Below, piece by piece: positions 1 through 8,469 of a stretch of DNA of 41,955 nucleotides. Position 1 is the stretch's first letter. Every line of letters starts with the position of its first letter. The notes under the pieces were generated by a model. The model did no database searches, was not told the DNA's origin, and was given only the letters and a program-made list of their open reading frames with translations. The position numbers and the translations under genes are program-made. The DNA is from a virus (Duplodnaviria > Caudoviricetes), in IMG/VR virus record IMGVR_UViG_3300043220_000019, positions 1-41,955 of that record; one strand, given 5' to 3'.

Positions 1-9
1 CTCCTCATT
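1..9. repeat. Terminal direct repeat CTCCTCATT (second copy 41947-41955), indicating a circular assembly
   Basis: Identical 9-mers at both ends, with the reading frame conserved across the join. Confidence 0.8.
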
Positions 10-1725
10 GTGTTCCGCTAGCGTTGGCAGGCCCAGCGCCATCGCAGCCGCGCCTTTTTCTATGGCATCCTTCTCTAGGCCCAGGAGAGTGAGTTCCCGC
101 TCTATGGCTGGGATAAGATCGTTCTTTAGCTGCGCCGCCCGGCTCCCCTCTGCGTCAGCCGCCCCCTCTGACGCGGCTTCTAATTGTCCTAGTTCGAGTC
201 TGTAGTCGGCCAGCACCGCCGCAGCCTCGGCCTCTTCCTGTGTAGGCTCGCGGAACATCGAAGTAAGAGCGCTGCGGGTATCGCTCGCAGCCTCCCGAAT
301 ATCGTCCAGCGCAAAGACGGTGCGAGGAGCAACCTCGTTCGCCATTACCTCCGCCAACTCCTCAGCTTTCTCAATCATGCGGCGCGTCTCATCCCTGAGA
401 GATTCCATCTTGACAGCGTGTTCAGGGAAGCCAGTAAACGTATTATCGAACGCTTCGGCCATGAATCCCACAGCCGATGTCATTTTGTCCCAATCGTCCT
501 TGTTGCCCGCAAGCATTTGCAGGTCGCCAATCACAGGGATTCCCTTGAGCGCCGCCCTTTCAAGGTCACTCAGCGCAGTCTCTGTATTGCCGAGGGAGAA
601 GGCTAGAACGTCAAAGCCCTTTGCTGCTCCCTCGGCTGCACTAGCAACTAGGGGAAGGGCAATCGTTCCCATGTCCATCAGCGCAATGTTCAGCTCGGCC
701 ATCGCAACCTTCACCTTTTGCTGCGTCGTGGCAGAGACGATTCCGAAGCCCTCTTCCAGGTTGCCGGTAGCGTTCTCTGTAGCCGCTAGGATGTTGGTAT
801 AGTCCTCAAGCTGGACGCCCGCCGTGCCCAGGACAGAAGTGAGGGCGCGGATATTCGGGAACAGCTTTGATAGCGCCTCCTCATTCCCACCCGTCGCCAT
901 CATCATCGAATCAAGGGCAGATAGGAGGCCCTTCTCCTTGATCTGCTTCCGTAGGCCTTCAACGCTTAGGCCAAGTTCGCCCATCGTCTCACGGGTCTGG
1001 TCAGTGGGGTTGATGAGCGCGTTCATCACGGCCCGGAGGCCGGTCGCGGCCTCTTCCGCTGAGACACCCAACCGGGTAAAGGTTGCTAGGTTCGCCGAGA
1101 CCTCCTCAAACGAGATGCCCATCTGCGAGGCCAGCGGCACGACCCGACCTAGGACGCCAGCGAAGGCAGATGCTTCAGCCTTACCTTGCTTGACTGCCTC
1201 AATCATCACATCGGTAACGTGCCCGGCGTTTGACGCTTCCATGCCGTAGGCGTTGAGGACAGTCGTTAGGGCGTCGGCAACCCTCTCTGTCTCACCCAAC
1301 CCAATGGTGGACGCCTTCGCTGCGACTTCGAGAACTTCGGCGGCCTCCGCCGCGTCCTCAATACCCGACGACAGGATGAAGTAGGCGCCAGCGCCAAGCT
1401 CCGCCGGGGACTTGCCGATCTCTTTGGACAAATCCTTAATGGCTCCGGAGAGGAAGTCGGTATCCTTCTTCGTGGCACCAGTCAAGGCTCTGATCTGAGC
1501 AAGCTGGGCCTCGAACTTTATCGCCGCGCCGATAGTGGAGGTGAACAGCTTAGAGACACCCGCGATGGACGCCTGGGCCGCGATGAAGCCCGCCCCGACA
1601 CCCAGAACCGTCTTGCCAAGACTGGCCATGCCGCCCTGTAGGTTCTTCGCCGAACGTTGGGCCTTCTGAGCCTTCGGGCTGAACTGGTCCTTACCCGTGA
1701 TTAGGATTTCGAGCGCATTAGCCAT
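1..1725 (-). CDS. Tail tape measure protein, N-terminal part (continues across the circular junction into 41617-41955)
   Basis: Not in the ORF track because it has no stop inside the window edge. Hand translation from ATG 1725 gives MANALEILITGKDQFSPKAQ...IKFEAQLAQIRALTGAT...LGAGAYFILSSG...GVSAEEAATGLRAVMNALINPT, a TP901-type tape measure core, open to position 1. It follows the tail chaperone genes. Confidence 0.93.
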   Translation of the reverse strand, partial: MANALEILITGKDQFSPKAQKAQRSAKNLQGGMASLGKTVLGVGAGFIAAQASIAGVSKLFTSTIGAAIKFEAQLAQIRALTGATKKDTDFLSGAIKDLSKEIGKSPAELGAGAYFILSSGIEDAAEAAEVLEVAAKASTIGLGETERVADALTTVLNAYGMEASNAGHVTDVMIEAVKQGKAEASAFAGVLGRVVPLASQMGISFEEVSANLATFTRLGVSAEEAATGLRAVMNALINPTDQTRETMGELGLSVEGLRKQIKEKGLLSALDSMMMATGGNEEALSKLFPNIRALTSVLGTAGVQLEDYTNILAATENATGNLEEGFGIVSATTQQKVKVAMAELNIALMDMGTIALPLVASAAEGAAKGFDVLAFSLGNTETALSDLERAALKGIPVIGDLQMLAGNKDDWDKMTSAVGFMAEAFDNTFTGFPEHAVKMESLRDETRRMIEKAEELAEVMANEVAPRTVFALDDIREAASDTRSALTSMFREPTQEEAEAAAVLADYRLELGQLEAASEGAADAEGSRAAQLKNDLIPAIERELTLLGLEKDAIEKGAAAMALGLPTLAEHNEE

Positions 1726-1957
1726 CCCGTGCCAACTCCGCTATCTCTTCCTGCACGTCCAACTCTTCCGCCTTCGCTACGATCTCGTCTATTGGCAGGT
1801 CGTCTAATTCCACGGGGAGGCACCGCTTCCACTCCGCGACTCTGCGGATGCAGTGGATTTCGTAGACTCCTGGCTGTGTGAAGTCCGGCTCATCTTCCGA
1901 TAGCCCTAGCCCTTTTCCTCTTCGCTGGGCGGCTCCGATGATTCGGTTTCTAAAGGG
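1718..1957 (-). CDS. -1 frameshift extension of tail assembly chaperone (gpGT-like)
   Basis: Slippery C CCT TTA at 1957-1951. The -1 frame stays open (RNRIIGAAQ...RRVAEWKRCLPVELDDLPIDEIV...ARDG) to TAA at 1720-1718, overlapping the tape measure start. Confidence 0.8.
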   Translation of the reverse strand, partial: PFRNRIIGAAQRRGKGLGLSEDEPDFTQPGVYEIHCIRRVAEWKRCLPVELDDLPIDEIVAKAEELDVQEEIAELARDG

Positions 1958-2268
1958 CCGGGCATCGCCCCGTTTTGCAGCGCCTCCGCCCGCCGCTTCA
2001 TCATGGCGGCACCTAGTTCGCTAGGGATCATGTCGGTGCCCTTCGCCGTGTGGGGGATAGCCTTGCCGTCGAAGTCCACGAAGTCCCAGGACGGAAACAG
2101 CTTGAGGAGCAGATCATTCGCCTCCTCCACGTCCGCTTCGGCGTTGAGCGCAGAGTATCGCCGGATATAGGCGATGGGGGTGTTTATCCACGTCTCACAA
2201 TGGAAGTCGGGATACCCGTCGTCGATAAAGTTCAGCGTGGCCGTTCTCACCGGCATCTTGCGCTTCAT
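1906..2268 (-). CDS. Tail assembly chaperone (lambda gpG-like)
   Basis: 120 aa between tail tube-like genes and tape measure. Has a SWDFVDFDGKAIP motif and a slippery heptamer near the 3' end. Confidence 0.8.
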   Translation of the reverse strand: MKRKMPVRTATLNFIDDGYPDFHCETWINTPIAYIRRYSALNAEADVEEANDLLLKLFPSWDFVDFDGKAIPHTAKGTDMIPSELGAAMMKRRAEALQNGAMPGPLETESSEPPSEEEKG

Positions 2269-2313
2269 GGTTGACTCCTGTGATAAACTGGGAAATCCGA
2301 AAGGGGTTGAGTC

Positions 2314-2634
2314 GTGCGATACATAATTTTGCTACTGCCGCTGATCTTGGCCGCATGTTCCACGGCGGCGAGCCCCAGCCCCACAACTGAGCCAGCAGAG
2401 ACACCAACCCCAGACGTGAGGCAATCCTATTACGAGCACGTTCTGGATATAGCCCGTGACCAACTCTCTGAAACAGACCCCGACATCTATTGCCGCCCTG
2501 ATTATTGGGAATTGTTGACGACGGATGATGTGGAGCCCGATCGCACCATCATTCAGCTTGCGCTGTCCGATAGCTGCAAAGAGGCTGGTCATCTCAGTTC
2601 CGCCGCAGAGTTCTCTGCCTATTACCCCGACTAG
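2314..2634 (+). CDS. Predicted lipoprotein (possible superinfection exclusion or moron gene)
   Basis: MRYIILLLPLILAA-C lipobox signal, Pro/Thr linker and acidic domain. It is the only convincing plus-strand gene and fills the gap between tail genes exactly. Confidence 0.75.
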   Translation: MRYIILLLPLILAACSTAASPSPTTEPAETPTPDVRQSYYEHVLDIARDQLSETDPDIYCRPDYWELLTTDDVEPDRTIIQLALSDSCKEAGHLSSAAEFSAYYPD

Positions 2635-3038
2635 CTCCATGCCGGCAGCGTCCCGTTCTCCAGCAGCGCCGGCGCCGCCCACACCATCGAGCCGTCCGTA
2701 GCGCGCACGACATCGTAGGCGCTGAACAGCACCTCATTGTTGAGGTCCTGGTCGCTGATGGTAAGCGCGACGGTTCTGCCCACTGAGGTAGTACCCACGT
2801 TCTTGAACACGTCATGGCTCTCGTCGTCGGCGGGGTTCCAGATGCCATTGAGCGTCAGGCTAAAGTCTCCCAAAAGTAGCTGGCGCTCTATCGCTGACTT
2901 GTCCAGCCCCGTCATATCCTGCACGCCGTTCGACATAGATAGGTCTAGGTTGGTGACGTCGTTCTTGATAGCCCGCCCGGAGCCGCCGTCGTCATCGACG
3001 GTGCAGGTCGTCCAGGCCATCCCTGTTTGCTTAGCCAT
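2631..3038 (-). CDS. Tail tube-like protein, paralog 3
   Basis: 135 aa with NDVTNLDLSM...QDMTGLDKSAIERQLLLGDFSLTLNG. Beta-rich and upstream of the chaperone. Confidence 0.75.
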   Translation of the reverse strand: MAKQTGMAWTTCTVDDDGGSGRAIKNDVTNLDLSMSNGVQDMTGLDKSAIERQLLLGDFSLTLNGIWNPADDESHDVFKNVGTTSVGRTVALTISDQDLNNEVLFSAYDVVRATDGSMVWAAPALLENGTLPAWS

Positions 3039-3041
3039 CGC

Positions 3042-3455
3042 TTAACTCCACGCCGGGATAGCGCCGCCCCCGAGCTGGCCGTTGGCGGTGACGATGAACG
3101 ATCCGTCAGCCGCACGCGCTCTGGAGACAGTCGGGAACACACACTCGTTGTTAAGGTTCTGGCTGCTGATCGTGAGCGCCGTTGAGCGGGTTGCGGTTGC
3201 AGCTACGTTGGTATTCTTGAACACGCTGAACTCTGAGTTGGCAGCCGCGTCGTTGAAGACCAGGGTGAGGTCGAGACTGTAGTCCGCCAGGAGTAGCAGC
3301 CTCTCCATCGCCACCTTGTCTATACCCGTTATGTCCTGAGCACCGTTCGTCATGGACAGGTCGAGGTTGGTGACGTCGTTGATGAGCGTTTGCAGCGCGT
3401 CACCTGAACTGTCGATTGAGCAGGTGGTCCAAGCCGTTCCGCTTTCCTTAGCCAT
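3042..3455 (-). CDS. Tail tube-like protein, paralog 2
   Basis: 137 aa, aligns end to end with both neighbours. Confidence 0.75.
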   Translation of the reverse strand: MAKESGTAWTTCSIDSSGDALQTLINDVTNLDLSMTNGAQDITGIDKVAMERLLLLADYSLDLTLVFNDAAANSEFSVFKNTNVAATATRSTALTISSQNLNNECVFPTVSRARAADGSFIVTANGQLGGGAIPAWS

Positions 3456-3872
3456 CTACGTAGTCCACGCTGGGAGTGTGCCGCTTGAAAGCTGACCGTT
3501 GGCGGAAGTGATGAACGAACCGTCAGCCGCCCTAGCCCTAGAGACGGTCGGGAACACGATAATGGCGTTCATCTTCTGGGCGCTGATCGTTAACTCTGAT
3601 TCACGCGCCGCCGTTGCCGCAACGTTGGTGTTCTTGAATACGGAGAACTCCGAATCGGTGCCTGCGTCGTTGAACACACACGTAAGGTCAAGGCTGTAAT
3701 CGGCCAGCAAAAGCAGCCGCTCAATAGCTACCTTGTCTATGCCGGTCACGTCCTGCACCCCGTTGCTCATCGACAGGTCCAGGTTGGTTACATCATTCAT
3801 TAGGTCCATGAGCGCCCCGGCGGAGTTGTCCACCTTGCAGAGCGTCCAGCCTACTCCACTTTCCTTTGCCAT
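3456..3872 (-). CDS. Tail tube-like protein, paralog 1
   Basis: 138 aa with RBS GAGGAG. About 74% identical to 3042-3455 by manual count. Confidence 0.75.
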   Translation of the reverse strand: MAKESGVGWTLCKVDNSAGALMDLMNDVTNLDLSMSNGVQDVTGIDKVAIERLLLLADYSLDLTCVFNDAGTDSEFSVFKNTNVAATAARESELTISAQKMNAIIVFPTVSRARAADGSFITSANGQLSSGTLPAWTT

Positions 3873-3880
3873 ATCTCCTC

Positions 3881-4378
3881 CTACCGCCTAGCGCGGTTCA
3901 CTTGATAGAGCCGTTCGTTACAGTCCTCCAGCCAGTCCTCTGGACGTTCATGCGTCCGCGTGATGTTGCCATGACGCCCGCCCACCACATCGGCCCGGTG
4001 CCCCGCACCGCCCACGGTGAATAGCTCCGGCTTGTCGAGGGGGCGCTTGTGGTCGTGCCGTGCCGAAGGTATCCGCGCTTCGTGTGCCCGCGGATCGTTG
4101 AAGCAGCGCTGCCCGGGCGCGAAATGAAACGCCGTCAAGCCGTCTTCCCTCTTCTCCTCCTTGAACTGCCGGCCACTCTCGGACCGGATATAGTCGGCCT
4201 GCGGGCCCACGGAGGGGACGATCGTCGTCCAGCCCTTCAGGTAATGCGGGCAGTTCGTCTCCTTGCACGTCGCAGCCCGGAAGTGTGTTGCTAGGGGCCG
4301 AGTGACCACGAAATGCTGCTGGTCAGCAAGCCCTGGCCGCATGACTGGCGTGACGTTGTGACGATATGGAGTTCTCAC
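3881..4378 (-). CDS. Hypothetical tail-region protein (Cys/His motifs)
   Basis: 165 aa with HFRAATCKETNCPHYLKGW and FAPGQRCF. Coupled to the upstream gene by a GTGA overlap. Confidence 0.7.
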   Translation of the reverse strand: MRTPYRHNVTPVMRPGLADQQHFVVTRPLATHFRAATCKETNCPHYLKGWTTIVPSVGPQADYIRSESGRQFKEEKREDGLTAFHFAPGQRCFNDPRAHEARIPSARHDHKRPLDKPELFTVGGAGHRADVVGGRHGNITRTHERPEDWLEDCNERLYQVNRARR

Positions 4379-5133
4379 GACAGGTCCTTATCGTCCTGTG
4401 CCGTACCCCGCCGGAAGCTCATGGCGAAGGCAGCGTTGGTGAAGGTCCCGTTGGTTGATGCCCGGACGTACTTCTCTACCGTCCCCGTCACCTCCACCCG
4501 CTCAGCGATCTCGTCGTAGGGGGTGGCGACGTTGGAGAAGGCCAGCAAGTTAGCCCAGGCACCGTCAATCCCGTTGGTGGAGTCGGAGCTGTCCTCAATG
4601 TCATACTCGACGGTTCCTGAATCCGCGGTGAAATGCTGCAGGAAGCCTACGCCGCCCTTCGTCGTCTGTGCGCCGCCGGTCAAGATGTGGCCCGTCTCGT
4701 CCGTCGCGCTGCCGTGAGTGACCTTCGCCGTCAACAGATAACCCCACTCCACGGGTACGCCCTGGCCTAGCGCCTGAACACTGCCGATCAGCGACCCGTC
4801 CGCAGGCCGGCTCCAGTTGAAGTTGATCTGCTTGGCCGTTAGGCAGGCCACCGGATCGCCGCGGGTCGTGCCCGTGAGGTACATGAGCAGCACATCCGCC
4901 GAGGGCAGCCCCTTCAAGGCGTCATGCTCCTGGCCGGTGGCCTTGTTGAACAGCACGTTGAAGCTGATCTCACCGTCCGAGAGGCCGTTGATCCGCTCGT
5001 GGGCGCTCTTGTTCAAGCCAGTAACATCCAGCGCGGGGCGGGCAGGGCCGCATTTGGTGATGCTGTTGGTATCGCCGGACAGGTCGAAACCACCATAGTA
5101 GTAGTCCTGCGCCAGGCCGCTTCCCTTGGCCAT
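4375..5133 (-). CDS. Tail tube-like protein with extra C-terminal beta domain
   Basis: The N-terminal half echoes the three paralogs (MAKGSG, DVTGLNKSAHERI, RPADGSL), followed by a roughly 120 aa appended domain. Confidence 0.7.
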   Translation of the reverse strand: MAKGSGLAQDYYYGGFDLSGDTNSITKCGPARPALDVTGLNKSAHERINGLSDGEISFNVLFNKATGQEHDALKGLPSADVLLMYLTGTTRGDPVACLTAKQINFNWSRPADGSLIGSVQALGQGVPVEWGYLLTAKVTHGSATDETGHILTGGAQTTKGGVGFLQHFTADSGTVEYDIEDSSDSTNGIDGAWANLLAFSNVATPYDEIAERVEVTGTVEKYVRASTNGTFTNAAFAMSFRRGTAQDDKDLS

Positions 5134-5366
5134 CAGCTACCTCCGTCCTGCCCTACTGCCACGGGCACTATCTTCTCGATGGGGTTCAGATTGAAGCGCC
5201 GAAATACCGCGTCCAGTCCGTCTTTGCTCTCTACAACCTGCCGGACAGTGAGGGTAGCCTGTCCGTTTGAACGAAAGCGCAGATTCAAGGCCGTGATTTT
5301 ATTGGCATCGAGCCCTGCTGCTTCGCAGATCGCTACACCGAGAGCGTAGGTAGAACTCGCCATCAC
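5133..5366 (-). CDS. Hypothetical protein
   Basis: 77 aa, translationally coupled on both sides. Confidence 0.6.
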   Translation of the reverse strand: MMASSTYALGVAICEAAGLDANKITALNLRFRSNGQATLTVRQVVESKDGLDAVFRRFNLNPIEKIVPVAVGQDGGS

Positions 5367-5569
5367 TTACCCCTTTTCGGCTTAATGATGCCGCGCTCCA
5401 GTAGGCTCTCGGCATAGACACCGGTATAGATGTCACCCGTGAACCAGCGGCCAGTCTCCTTGCCGCCTACTACATCCCTGACGTAATCCTTACCTTTGGG
5501 CCTGCCTCGCGGGTTGATAACCACGAACGGGCCTGTCAGTTTCTTAGCTGGCATCATTACCTCCGTCAT
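5363..5569 (-). CDS. Hypothetical small virion-associated protein
   Basis: ATGA overlap start at 5569. C-terminal ESLLERGIIKP resembles small phage morphogenesis proteins. Confidence 0.55.
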   Translation of the reverse strand: MTEVMMPAKKLTGPFVVINPRGRPKGKDYVRDVVGGKETGRWFTGDIYTGVYAESLLERGIIKPKRGK

Positions 5570-6003
5570 GCTGCCCATGTTCCGATGTCGTTGACTAGAA
5601 CGTGTACTGATAAATCGACCAAGCGATACACCGTCTCCCGCCCTATTGTTTGGAAGCCCGCCCTAGCGTTCAGCGCCAGAGGGACGACGTTGCGAACCGA
5701 GCTGTCGCCGAGCGTGTACTTGCCCGAGATGTCGCTTATCAACTGAAGGCATGCCGTTGCTATATCCTTCTCCGTACCCTCTAACGGCTCCTCAAAATGC
5801 TTGTAGTAGAGCCGGATGATGAACCTGATGTTGCCGCTGCCCCCTTGTAGCGTCACTTCCGTTATCTCTACCCCGTCGAAGATCACGGCTCCCAGTCTTT
5901 CGGCCGGCGGCGACATCGGCTCCGCAATCTGCCCTGTCTGCCAACCGGACGCGGACAACTGTGTCGCCAGTTCGTCCATGATGGGGCCGGGGTCAAAGGC
6001 CAT
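5566..6003 (-). CDS. Putative tail terminator/completion protein
   Basis: 145 aa. Size and position between the gp10-like gene and tail tube genes fit. Confidence 0.6.
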   Translation of the reverse strand: MAFDPGPIMDELATQLSASGWQTGQIAEPMSPPAERLGAVIFDGVEITEVTLQGGSGNIRFIIRLYYKHFEEPLEGTEKDIATACLQLISDISGKYTLGDSSVRNVVPLALNARAGFQTIGRETVYRLVDLSVHVLVNDIGTWAA

Positions 6004-6389
6004 CAGCGCAACCTCGCCAGCGCCTTGCTCACGCGGTTCTGAAGCACCCCGGTCGCTATTCGGCCCAGTTGCTGGCGGGCGTTCCTGAACATCGCGTACC
6101 CCTTGAAACGGGTAGTTTGGTTGCGACTAGCGACACCCTCCAACCAAGAGCCATAGATGACGTTCGAGTCATGAATGCGACCATGCAGCGAGGACATCTC
6201 GCCGTGGATGCTCCGCCGGTAATGGCCGGTGATGAGGCCGTGACCGGGGTAGAGTTGCAATTTCACCTTGCTCTCGCCCTCAACCACCAAGTCCCCGACG
6301 GCTGCGTTCAGGGCGCCAACAATGACAGGGGGGATGTTCGTGCTGAAGAACGGGCCCCGCAGCCTCACCACAACCGAGGGTGTTGCCAT
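6003..6389 (-). CDS. HK97 gp10-like neck/tail completion protein
   Basis: TGHYRRSI, YGSWLEG and FKGYAMFRNA motifs; basic; expected position. Confidence 0.7.
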   Translation of the reverse strand: MATPSVVVRLRGPFFSTNIPPVIVGALNAAVGDLVVEGESKVKLQLYPGHGLITGHYRRSIHGEMSSLHGRIHDSNVIYGSWLEGVASRNQTTRFKGYAMFRNARQQLGRIATGVLQNRVSKALARLR

Positions 6390-7438
6390 TACACGGCCCC
6401 AATCACGAAACGCCTATATTGGCGCTGCACCCGATCCCGCAGCTTGTTCAGCCCGGACTGGCTTACCCGTACTGTCCCCTCGCCGGACCCAACGCTGCCA
6501 GTCCAGCCGCCCTTCTCCGCTTCGTAGTTGCCGATAGCCAGCGCCTTACAGAGCGCCACGATGTCCGCTGGCGGGACGTACTTCACGATGGGGTCGGCGT
6601 TGTCATGCGTGGCGGCTGTGGTGCCGTTCTCGCCCCTAGTTACGGTCAGGGTGCGGTAGGTGTAGACATCCTTCGCGGTGTCGTGCGCGGCCAATGTGGA
6701 GCCGTCGTAGGCGCGGATGACCGTCAGGTCGTTGCTGGAGATAGACTCAACGAACATCCTCTCAGCCTCAACCAGAATGACCTCGCCAGCCTTGACCTTC
6801 GTTCCATCCCCCACCGGCACCGTCGTCCCGGCCTTGTTCTTCGCTAAGGCCCCGTTGGTGTTGGTGGCGGTGTCAAGAACGGCACGCTCGCTAACGAACA
6901 TCTGCTCAGAGCCGATGAGGATGGTATCGCCAACATCGACAAGAGAGGCGTCAGTGACCTCCAGCTCCGTCTCAGAGCCATCATCAGCCTCGGCCAGCGC
7001 TCCCGCCGCCTTTGTATCGTTCCCGTAGGCCCAGGAACCGGTGACGCGAATCTGGCGCTGGTGGGTGTCCTTAGAGGAGAAAAACGAGGTAGAGGACAGG
7101 TCAATCTCGATGCGGTGATATGGCGGGCCCAAACCCTGCGGCTCTAGGAAGAAGTCGGCTGTGGCGATGACCGTCACGTCATCGCCCTCTTTGGTCAACC
7201 CGTTGGTGTCAACGGAGAGCAGGTCCTCGTCTAGCGGTATCCACCACGTAGCGCGACCATCCTTCGTCGGCCAAGGGTAGTTCCGCGTCTCCGTCAGGGG
7301 GATGAAGTGTCGGTGGGTGAGGTTGTCTACTTCGCGGGAGGCCGCTTCGATGTGGGAGTCAATGACGCGGTTTCGGGCGCTGCCCTCAATGCCGAGAGCT
7401 AATTTGACAGCCTCACGGCCGATATACCAGTTCGCCAT
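6389..7438 (-). CDS. Head-tail adaptor (gp6/gp15-like) with inserted repeated beta domains
   Basis: N-terminal YIGREAVKLALG...IEAASREVDNLTHRHF and C-terminal PADIVALCKALA adaptor motifs, with a duplicated domain in between. Confidence 0.75.
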   Translation of the reverse strand: MANWYIGREAVKLALGIEGSARNRVIDSHIEAASREVDNLTHRHFIPLTETRNYPWPTKDGRATWWIPLDEDLLSVDTNGLTKEGDDVTVIATADFFLEPQGLGPPYHRIEIDLSSTSFFSSKDTHQRQIRVTGSWAYGNDTKAAGALAEADDGSETELEVTDASLVDVGDTILIGSEQMFVSERAVLDTATNTNGALAKNKAGTTVPVGDGTKVKAGEVILVEAERMFVESISSNDLTVIRAYDGSTLAAHDTAKDVYTYRTLTVTRGENGTTAATHDNADPIVKYVPPADIVALCKALAIGNYEAEKGGWTGSVGSGEGTVRVSQSGLNKLRDRVQRQYRRFVIGAV

Positions 7439-7465
7439 TGCTCCCTCCGTGCTTTCTAAAGGGTG

Positions 7466-7780
7466 CTATTCGTATGCTTTTACGGCGCCGGTCCTAACGC
7501 GCTCCTTCGCTGCCTTATAGAAGTCAGGCGGCTCTACGCCAGCCTTCTCCGCTTCGTGTAGTACCTGTCCATGCGCCTCTTGGAAGCGCGTCACGTTGAC
7601 TGGGGCCTCTCTGGTGGGCCTGTGGCAGTTGATGCCGTCTCCCATCACCTGAATACCTGGGTAGCACGACAGCCGCTGCGCCGGCTCCTTACAGATGGGG
7701 CAGTCGATCGACCCCACCCGCATGGGCCGCACGGCTTCCGTCGTGTGATCCCCGGCGCAGCGATAGTCGTAGCGAGGCAC
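7466..7780 (-). CDS. FmdB-like zinc-ribbon protein
   Basis: MPRYDYRC..H....CPIC...AQRL, the CxxC_CxxC_SSSS-type pattern. Confidence 0.7.
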   Translation of the reverse strand: MPRYDYRCAGDHTTEAVRPMRVGSIDCPICKEPAQRLSCYPGIQVMGDGINCHRPTREAPVNVTRFQEAHGQVLHEAEKAGVEPPDFYKAAKERVRTGAVKAYE

Positions 7781-8469
7781 TAGATCACCAGGTTCTTGTC
7801 GAACTGCGCGAATTGCAGGACGTAGTAGCCCGTCGTGTCGTTGGCCGATGCCGAACCGCAGTGGCCAATGAAGGATGATTCGTCAATCAGCACCACCGCC
7901 GGGCGCGTGGCGATGTCGTAGACCTTAGTCGCCCAGGTGCCGGGGTAGCCCAAGGAGTCGGCCAGGGCGTCCTCGATGTAGTCCTTGCGGGCCAATTCGA
8001 CGCTGTTCGGGATAGCAGACTTTGCCGCGAGTGTCACGTCCGGGCCAACGTAGAAGTTGCCGTTGGCGCTGTTGGGGTCATCGGTTCTAAGGTTGGCAGG
8101 GACAAAAGCGTTCCCTGTCGAGTCGTAGCGAATCTTGTCCTTGTCGATCTCTAACATCGCCGTAACGATGGTCGCCGCCGCGAGGACTCCGATATTGACC
8201 TCGTACAGAAGCGGGATCATGGCATTGCCCGCGCTGTTGTCGGCCAGCATGGTGCATAGCTGGTCATCGATGGCAACCGTGGCGGCGATACCCGCGTCCT
8301 CAGTTCCGCCCTGCATGTGGTAGGCGTAGCCTGAGAGAATCATCTGGGTGAGGAGGTCGGTGACGATCTGAGCGCCCATCCGGTTGAGAATGCCGCGCTC
8401 TTGGTTGGATTCCCCGACTGCGGGGATGCTGCTTGCCCGTACCAGGAAGATGTCGTCTCTGCTGCTCAT
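7780..8469 (-). CDS. Putative structural protein, paralog B of pair 1
   Basis: 229 aa, colinear with 8469-9167 (AGNAMIPLLYE, VPANLRTDDPNSANG, PNSVELARKD). Confidence 0.75.
   Translation of the reverse strand: MSSRDDIFLVRASSIPAVGESNQERGILNRMGAQIVTDLLTQMILSGYAYHMQGGTEDAGIAATVAIDDQLCTMLADNSAGNAMIPLLYEVNIGVLAAATIVTAMLEIDKDKIRYDSTGNAFVPANLRTDDPNSANGNFYVGPDVTLAAKSAIPNSVELARKDYIEDALADSLGYPGTWATKVYDIATRPAVVLIDESSFIGHCGSASANDTTGYYVLQFAQFDKNLVI

Noticed and set aside
8-1249. Plus-strand ORFs over 1-1.7 kb and most other plus-strand ORFs in the track
   Set aside because: They are antisense shadows of clear minus-strand genes in GC-rich DNA, with Ser/Arg/Pro-rich translations lacking motifs.
2631-3872. 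Assembly artefact explaining the triplicated genes
   Set aside because: The copies differ at many amino-acid and synonymous positions and each has an intact start and stop.
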